This document shows positions 26,701 through 32,000 of a stretch of DNA of 32,000 bases, piece by piece. Numbering within the stretch: position 1 is the first letter of the stretch; every line of letters starts with the position of its first letter. The DNA lies in assembly GCF_000013905.1 (NCBI RefSeq), contig NC_007969.1:690001-722000 (forward strand). Direction: 5' to 3'. The notes under the pieces were generated by a model, which had not been told where the DNA came from, ran no database searches, and saw only the letters and a list, made by a program, of their open reading frames with translations. This DNA comes from Psychrobacter cryohalolentis K5 (lineage in GTDB: Bacteria > Pseudomonadota > Gammaproteobacteria > Pseudomonadales > Moraxellaceae). Made by a program: the position numbers and the translations under genes.

Positions 26701-27792
26701 ATGACGTTGTCTTATTCACACGCCCATCAACAAGGTAGCGGTACGACTGAGGTTGTCGCAGTGCTGGTCGCGATTACCGAGCACACGGCGCGCGTTTTAA
26801 CCGTTGATCAAGGCAAGCTATTGCCCAATGGTCCCCTCATGCCATTACACCGCTCGTTGCAAGCAGGTGTGCGCCAATGGGTTGAAGAGCAAACACAGCA
26901 GCCACTTGGTTATTTGGAACAGCTATATACCTTTGTCGATACCAATAGACGCAATGATGATGGTCATGCGCTGGTTTACGTCAGCTATTTGGGTTTAGTG
27001 CAAGAGGCGCAAACACAGCTACAAAGCCAAGCATTATGGCGTGATTGGTACGATTACTTCCCATGGGAAAATCACTTAGATGGTATGCCAGCTATCATTA
27101 TGGACTATATCGTACCGGCATTATTACGTTGGGCAGATGCTGCAAAAGAGCCTGATATTCAGCAGCGCCGGCGTCAGCGTATTAGTCTGTGTTGGGGCGT
27201 CAATGAGACGATTCTAAATAATTGCTCTAAAAATAAAAGCGCGCATTCAAATGCAGAGAGCAACGATCAGCTGATAAATGACAAAGAATACGAGAATAGG
27301 GAATGGATTGCAGAACATGTCCTTCTGCGTTATGAGATGTTGTATGAAGCAGGTCTTATTGCAGAAGCACCAACTTATCCACCCAGTTATTCGGCTAATG
27401 TTCAACCTGACAGTGCTGAATCTAACAAGGCGTTTAATTTGCCTAGTAACTGGTCACAGCTTATAGGGTCACCGATGTACTATGACCATCGCCGCGTAAT
27501 TGCGACGGCTATTTCAAGACTACGTGCAAAAATTGAATATCGACCGCTCATTTTTGGCTTAATGCCAGATGAATTCACCTTGTCGCAGTTGCAGCAGAGT
27601 GTCGAAGCACTATCGGGTGTACGCTTACATAAGCAAAACTTCCGCCGGCTGCTAGAGTCACAAAATCTTGTGCTAGAAACAGGGCAGAGTATTAGCGCCC
27701 AGCGTGGTCGTCCCGCTAAACTTTATCGTTTTCGCCATGATATTGAATTGCAAAGTTTGCTGATGGATAGCAAATTGCCAAAACGTAAGTAG
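26701..27792 (+). CDS. nrtR: NrtR-like regulator (degenerate Nudix domain plus C-terminal winged-helix domain)
   Basis: The C-terminal segment FTLSQLQQSVEALSGVRLHKQNFRRLLESQNLVLETGQSISAQRGRPAKLYRF matches the NrtR wHTH signature as I recall it. N-terminal Nudix-like fold with a degenerate box (RQWVEEQTQ). It sits between nadA and nadC. Confidence 0.75.
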   Translation: MTLSYSHAHQQGSGTTEVVAVLVAITEHTARVLTVDQGKLLPNGPLMPLHRSLQAGVRQWVEEQTQQPLGYLEQLYTFVDTNRRNDDGHALVYVSYLGLVQEAQTQLQSQALWRDWYDYFPWENHLDGMPAIIMDYIVPALLRWADAAKEPDIQQRRRQRISLCWGVNETILNNCSKNKSAHSNAESNDQLINDKEYENREWIAEHVLLRYEMLYEAGLIAEAPTYPPSYSANVQPDSAESNKAFNLPSNWSQLIGSPMYYDHRRVIATAISRLRAKIEYRPLIFGLMPDEFTLSQLQQSVEALSGVRLHKQNFRRLLESQNLVLETGQSISAQRGRPAKLYRFRHDIELQSLLMDSKLPKRK

Positions 27793-27895
27793 TCGCCCAA
27801 TCGTTATCAGCCTCTATCATTGCCAAACCCAATAAATTTATCGAAAATTTTAATTTAGGATATTTTCTTGCGAGACAATAAACTTTACGTTATAT

Positions 27896-27921
27896 TTATG
27901 CTCATTTTGAGTTTATATAAT
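27896..27921 (+). promoter_or_regulatory. Second copy of the palindrome (candidate NrtR operator) abutting a TATAAT -10 box upstream of nadC
   Basis: TTATGCTCATTTTGAGTTTAT (27896-27916) matches the nadA-proximal site at 18/21 positions. TATAAT at 27916-27921 lies 36 nt before the nadC ATG. Confidence 0.5.
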
Positions 27922-27956
27922 ATATATTCAGAATATAAGCATAATAAGGGCTAAAA

Positions 27957-28817
27957 ATGACAGTTAAACGAGAGCCAGCATTGGCTAAAGTATTACTTAA
28001 ACCATTGGTTGAAGCGGCATTAACAGAAGATTTGGGCAGACGTGGTGATGTCACTTCGCAAGCGACTATTCCAGCCGACATGCAAGCGCAATTACAGATT
28101 AAGGCAAGGCAAGCAGGCGTAATATGTGGTATGGATTTAGCACGCTTATCTTTTGCTTTGATTGATGAGCAGATAGAATTCGTTGCTCAAGTCTATGATG
28201 GTGAAGTGGTCGAAGCTGGCGCAGTATTAGCAACTGTCCATGGCAATGCGCGTAATTTGCTGACAGCAGAGCGTACGGCGCTTAACTTTATGACTCATCT
28301 TAGCGGTATTGCGACAGATACTAAGAAGGTTGTCGATAGCGTGGCAGCATATCCAGCGCAAATTACTTGTACGCGTAAAACCATTCCAGGCTTACGTATC
28401 GTCCAAAAATATGCGGTACGCTGCGGTGGCGGGCGTAATCATCGCTTGGGTTTAGATGATGCGATTTTAATTAAAGACAACCATATTGCTATCGCAGGTG
28501 ATATTAAAACAGCGATTGAGCAAGCGCAAGAATTTGCTGGGCATCTGATTCCAATCGAAGTGGAAGTCGATACATTAGCACAGTTAGAGCAAGCACTAGA
28601 TGCTGGTGTGAGCTTAGTGCTTTTGGACAATATGTCGCCTGAGATATTGTCGCAGGCAGTCGCTATGTGTAAAGGTCGTGCTAAAACCGAAGCATCAGGT
28701 GGTATCACTCCTAAAACAGTGCAAGCCGTTGCGGAAACAGGCGTTGATTTTATCGCGATGGGTTATTTGACCCACAGCACGACTGCATTAGATATTGGTT
28801 TGGATTTTAGCATTTAG
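27957..28817 (+). CDS. nadC: Nicotinate-nucleotide pyrophosphorylase (quinolinate phosphoribosyltransferase)
   Basis: LTAERTALNFMTHLSGIAT, TRKTIPGLR, KYAVRCGGGRNHRLGLDDAILIKDNH, LLDNM. Confidence 0.94.
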   Translation: MTVKREPALAKVLLKPLVEAALTEDLGRRGDVTSQATIPADMQAQLQIKARQAGVICGMDLARLSFALIDEQIEFVAQVYDGEVVEAGAVLATVHGNARNLLTAERTALNFMTHLSGIATDTKKVVDSVAAYPAQITCTRKTIPGLRIVQKYAVRCGGGRNHRLGLDDAILIKDNHIAIAGDIKTAIEQAQEFAGHLIPIEVEVDTLAQLEQALDAGVSLVLLDNMSPEILSQAVAMCKGRAKTEASGGITPKTVQAVAETGVDFIAMGYLTHSTTALDIGLDFSI

Positions 28818-28834
28818 CTTTAACGCTTGGTCTA

Positions 28835-28986
28835 AGTATAGTGAGTCCCAAATAGAAGAAGTACAAATGTTATAAAGCACTGCTGGGGTTACTTTTTCTT
28901 GCTTGCTGTGCCTGCGCAGACAGAGGCTGCGAATAATTAACCCCAGCAGTGCTGTACTCTTTTAAAAATGGATCAACTATATAGAC
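28835..28986 (+). repeat. Structured intergenic repeat, copy 2
   Basis: It starts 18 nt after the nadC stop. The arms gcactgctggggttactt (28877-28894) and aattaaccccagcagtgc (28935-28952) pair at 17/18 positions. The core is nearly identical to copy 1. Confidence 0.85.
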
Positions 28987-29211
28987 TTGTTTTAATGAAG
29001 TGTAATAGAGGATTAACCCTCTATTGAAAGGGCAGATTTGTATCGATATCCTATGGATTTGGTAAGGTCTAGGAATTAAGCGAAGTTAATGATTTAATAG
29101 GCTTATCTGCCTATGCTACAATGCCGCTGCTACCGACTATTAGGTCATTGATGCACTTGCCCAATGGCCTTGTTTTTTGCCCGATTTGACTAATAGACAA
29201 GCGAGCGCTCA

Positions 29212-29853
29212 GTGAATACTGAAATTATTAAGATAATCCTAGCCTTTATGGTATTGATTAACCCCTTTAGCGCATTGACATTGTTTTTAGATTCAACGCG
29301 TGGTTATTCAATGAATAATCGACGTAAAGTAGCGCGCGTTGCTTGTCTGACCATTTTTATTACTATCAGTTTCTTTACCTTAGCAGGCGAAACGCTCCTC
29401 AAAGTCTTGGGTATTTCAATCGGCTCGTTTCAGTTAGCAGGTGGTATCTTAGTGTTTTTAATCGCTCTCAATATGATGAATGGCGATGGTAATCCGGTTA
29501 AGCCTGATCAAGAAAACTTCGATGTTGACCATCTCCAAGGTGCGCCGCCAACGATGGCAGCCGCGGTTGTGCCGATTGCTATTCCTATGATGATTGGACC
29601 GGGTGGTATTTCAACCGTTATTATCTACTCATCACAAGTTTCCGGCATCTTGCAAATATCTGCCATTTTGATTGCGGGTTTGTTTATCAGTTTATTTTGT
29701 TATTTGGCATTGATGGCAGCCGGTCGTATCAGTCGCTTATTGGGTGATACAGGGCTTAATATTATGAGTCGAATCATGGGTATGCTATTGGCGGCAGTTG
29801 CTATCGAAATTATCGTTAACGGGCTACGTACGCTATTTCCTGATTTGATCTAA
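29212..29853 (+). CDS. MarC-family (UPF0056) integral membrane protein
   Basis: 213 aa with about 6 TM segments. The N-terminal LINPFSA motif is typical of the MarC family. GTG start. Confidence 0.8.
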   Translation: MNTEIIKIILAFMVLINPFSALTLFLDSTRGYSMNNRRKVARVACLTIFITISFFTLAGETLLKVLGISIGSFQLAGGILVFLIALNMMNGDGNPVKPDQENFDVDHLQGAPPTMAAAVVPIAIPMMIGPGGISTVIIYSSQVSGILQISAILIAGLFISLFCYLALMAAGRISRLLGDTGLNIMSRIMGMLLAAVAIEIIVNGLRTLFPDLI

Positions 29854-29886
29854 TTTTTTAGTCTATAGAAGCGATTTAATCGCTCA

Positions 29887-29922
29887 AAAAACCAAATACT
29901 TTTTTAACAGTATTTGGTTTTT
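29887..29922. terminator. Bidirectional terminator between the convergent MarC-family gene and argO
   Basis: A perfect 14-bp stem, aaaaaccaaatact (29887-29900) with agtatttggttttt (29909-29922). A/T runs on both sides. Confidence 0.8.
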
Positions 29923-29981
29923 CTGTTTTTTAAGCAGTATATTATTTTTTAGATAAAGGCTCTTGAGTAGAAAGCTCTGTT

Positions 29982-30584
29982 CTAGCTTTGGTATAAATGC
30001 CAAGCCAAATAAAGCATCAATATACCGACCAAGGCATCAAGGATATTCCACGCTTTTGGTTTGGCAAATAATGGTTTGAGTAATCGCGCCCCATAGCCAA
30101 GCGCAAAAAAGAAAAAGAATGAAGCGCTGACCGCTCCTACTGCAAAGGCAAGCTTACTACTGGCTCCTGTTGAAACCATACCGACCAGCACCAAGGTATC
30201 TAAGTAGACATGTGGATTGAGCCATGTAAAACCAAAGCATAGTAATAATGCCTTTTTTAGGCTAGTGACGACTTGTCCATCGACGGTAAGTGAGTGGGAT
30301 AAACGCATACTGGCATACAAGCTTTGCAGTCCGTAACCTAATAAGAATATGACGCCCGCGACCTTGGCAATATTGACCACTTGCGGATAGCGTGCCGTTA
30401 CCGCGCCAAAACCGCCAACGCCAGCTGAAATCAACAACGCATCACTGACTGCGCAGAACAGACAGACAAAAAATATGTGCTCGCGTTTGAGCCCTTGTTT
30501 GAGTACAAAAGCGTTCTGCGAACCAATAGCGATGATGAGAGATAAGCCAAGCAAAAAACCGGAACTGTAATCGGTGATATTCAT
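29982..30584 (-). CDS. argO: LysE/ArgO-family basic amino acid exporter
   Basis: IGSQNAFVLKQGLKREHI, AVSDALLISAGV, WLNPHVYLDTLVLVG, all collinear with E. coli ArgO. The ATG at 30584 (MNITDY...) is preferred over the ORF-track start at 30677, which adds 31 non-homologous residues. Confidence 0.85.
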   Translation of the reverse strand: MNITDYSSGFLLGLSLIIAIGSQNAFVLKQGLKREHIFFVCLFCAVSDALLISAGVGGFGAVTARYPQVVNIAKVAGVIFLLGYGLQSLYASMRLSHSLTVDGQVVTSLKKALLLCFGFTWLNPHVYLDTLVLVGMVSTGASSKLAFAVGAVSASFFFFFALGYGARLLKPLFAKPKAWNILDALVGILMLYLAWHLYQS

Positions 30585-30707
30585 GATGGCTGTCTTATCC
30601 TTTAAAAATGCTGACGTTTGCTTACTGGTAGTATGGCAAAAAGCTGTTAAGATAAGGGATTGAATGGTCAAATGCAATCAGTAAATGGGCGAGGAGCAGG
30701 GTAAGTT

Positions 30708-31451
30708 ATGGTCATAAGTTTGACAAGAATGCTACAGTCATTTGGGCAAGCACATGATGACCTGCCAACCGCCGCTGCTAAAAATGCTCAGCAAGCGGCT
30801 GCCAATAAACTTACTAATAATAAAAATGATGTCAATACTTCAACGTCTAATGCTTCGCCGCTTACTGAGCCACAGCGTACCGAACGTATTTGTGATGCTT
30901 TAGCGCAAGTGTCTGATATTCGTGCACCGACGCCATTGACCGATCGTTATTTGTCCAATCGTGCTCAAATGCGACCGAGTAATAGACCACCTTTTGACCC
31001 AGATACCTTATGGTTTCTTAAACATGGACGCTGTCCGATTATGACTGAGCTTGTGAATGTGGTCGATGCAGCCACGCTAAATGCGATGCCAATTGAAGCA
31101 GTTGCTATTTTAGATAGAATCAATGGCAAATTAAAACGCTATCGTGAATGGAGTAGCGAGCTTAATGATGAGCAGAAGCAGCAACATAATGAGCGGCAGT
31201 TTGTCATTGATAAGCTGATATCTGAAAGTATTCCAGAAGCCTTGCATCATTACGAGCAGCTGCAACGTTTTAGTCCACATCGTACGAAGAATAATGTAGT
31301 ACAGGGTAAAATGACCGCAGGCGATATGCTGACGGATTTGTTTTTAGAGATTGATTATGAGCTTGATGAATTGTTAGAGGAGCTGCATCAAACGGTGATG
31401 AATCGTCTGGCTTCAACCCATCGTTATGTTAAAAGCCGTACGCAAAATTAG
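30708..31451 (+). CDS. Hypothetical protein (Q/A/N-rich N-terminus, helical acidic C-terminus); no family recognised
   Basis: Uninterrupted 247-aa ORF. GAGGAG lies 11 nt upstream of the ATG, and a terminator follows. There is no TM segment or signal peptide. Confidence 0.7.
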   Translation: MVISLTRMLQSFGQAHDDLPTAAAKNAQQAAANKLTNNKNDVNTSTSNASPLTEPQRTERICDALAQVSDIRAPTPLTDRYLSNRAQMRPSNRPPFDPDTLWFLKHGRCPIMTELVNVVDAATLNAMPIEAVAILDRINGKLKRYREWSSELNDEQKQQHNERQFVIDKLISESIPEALHHYEQLQRFSPHRTKNNVVQGKMTAGDMLTDLFLEIDYELDELLEELHQTVMNRLASTHRYVKSRTQN

Positions 31452-31518
31452 GCGCCATTTTTCTATTCTGCTAAAAAATAAGCATCAGCAAACACAAACA
31501 ACTCAATGCATAACAATA

Positions 31519-31546
31519 TAGGGCTTTAATAGAGCCTTATTTTTTT
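31519..31546 (+). terminator. Rho-independent terminator after the hypothetical gene
   Basis: A 7-bp stem, tagggct (31519-25) with agcctta (31533-39), includes one G:U pair and is followed by T7. Confidence 0.6.
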
Positions 31547-31566
31547 GTTTAATAAAATCATTAAAT

Positions 31567-31717
31567 ACTATATTCAGTCTTAAATAAGAGAAATATGAAT
31601 ATTATAAAGTGCTACTAGGATTAATTTTCGCAGCCTCTGTCTGCGTAGGCACAGTAAGCAAGAAAATTGATCCTAGTAGCGCTGTGTTCTTGCAAAAGTG
31701 GAGCAACCATATCAAGA
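31567..31717 (+). repeat. Structured intergenic repeat, copy 3 (core inverted relative to copies 1 and 2)
   Basis: The flanks are collinear with copies 1 and 2. The arms at 31609-31626 and 31665-31682 pair at 16/18 positions plus 2 T:G. The core at 31627-31664 is the reverse complement of the copy 1 core (36/38). Confidence 0.85.
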
Positions 31718-31766
31718 ATAATAATAAATTTGCCAAATAATACTATTAAATAATAAGGATAATTTT

Positions 31767-32000
31767 ATGACCCAAATCACTGCCATGCTCGTCATGCTTG
31801 TTTTATATGGAGTGCTACCCGCAGCAGGTCTGTATTTAGGCTATCGTGGTATAAAAAAGGTGACAGCACCCAAAATGCTAGCGTATAAAGCGATGCCGCA
31901 ATTGGGTTATATTCCTGAGAAAAGCTTACCAGTTGATGTTAAAGCTGCATTGACCCAAATTAATGAAAAAGGTGAAAAGCTGAGACTTATTTATGGTGAT
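31767..32000 (+). CDS. Hypothetical membrane-anchored protein, 3-prime truncated by the window edge
   Basis: AAGGA lies 7 nt upstream of the ATG at 31767. The frame stays open for all 78 codons to the window end. N-terminal hydrophobic helix ITAMLVMLVLYGVLPAAGLYLGY. It is absent from the ORF track because it has no stop codon. Confidence 0.5.
   Translation, partial: MTQITAMLVMLVLYGVLPAAGLYLGYRGIKKVTAPKMLAYKAMPQLGYIPEKSLPVDVKAALTQINEKGEKLRLIYGD

Noticed and set aside
29004-29025. An 8-bp hairpin (aatagagg / cctctatt) downstream of repeat copy 2.
   Set aside because: It has no U-run and no second copy elsewhere in the window. It is indistinguishable from a chance palindrome.

Overview
This 32-kb window is chromosomal and mostly housekeeping. 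Gene content, about 43% GC by eye and many low-complexity insertions in conserved proteins suggest a Moraxellaceae (Psychrobacter-like) gammaproteobacterium, but that guess cannot be verified here. Gene order is: the distal NADH dehydrogenase I operon (nuoG, 5-prime truncated, through nuoN) with a terminator; fpr; an orphan hypothetical gene (-); a TonB-C-terminal-domain protein; mscS; a convergent ybeY and phoH-like ybeZ (-); a 665-bp AT-rich spacer; ubiH and a ubiI-like gene; four tandem paralogous lipoproteins (thrombospondin-type-3 Ca-binding repeat plus divergent OmpA-like domain); lysO (-); an NAD biosynthesis locus (nadB and nadA on the minus strand, a divergent NrtR-like regulator, then nadC); a MarC-family gene; argO/lysE (-); a hypothetical gene; and a 3-prime truncated ORF. 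I saw no rRNA, tRNA, CRISPR, transposase, integrase or recognisable defence or toxin genes, and no convincing novel multi-gene system. The observations most worth follow-up are: (1) a three-copy, roughly 150-bp structured intergenic repeat with compensatory stem substitutions, one copy of which has its hairpin tip inverted relative to its flanks; (2) the lipoprotein quartet, which shows recombination scars and non-canonical OmpA-motif residues; (3) a shared 21-bp palindrome upstream of nadA and nadC that is a candidate NrtR operator. All homology statements come from motif recognition by eye, not from database searches.
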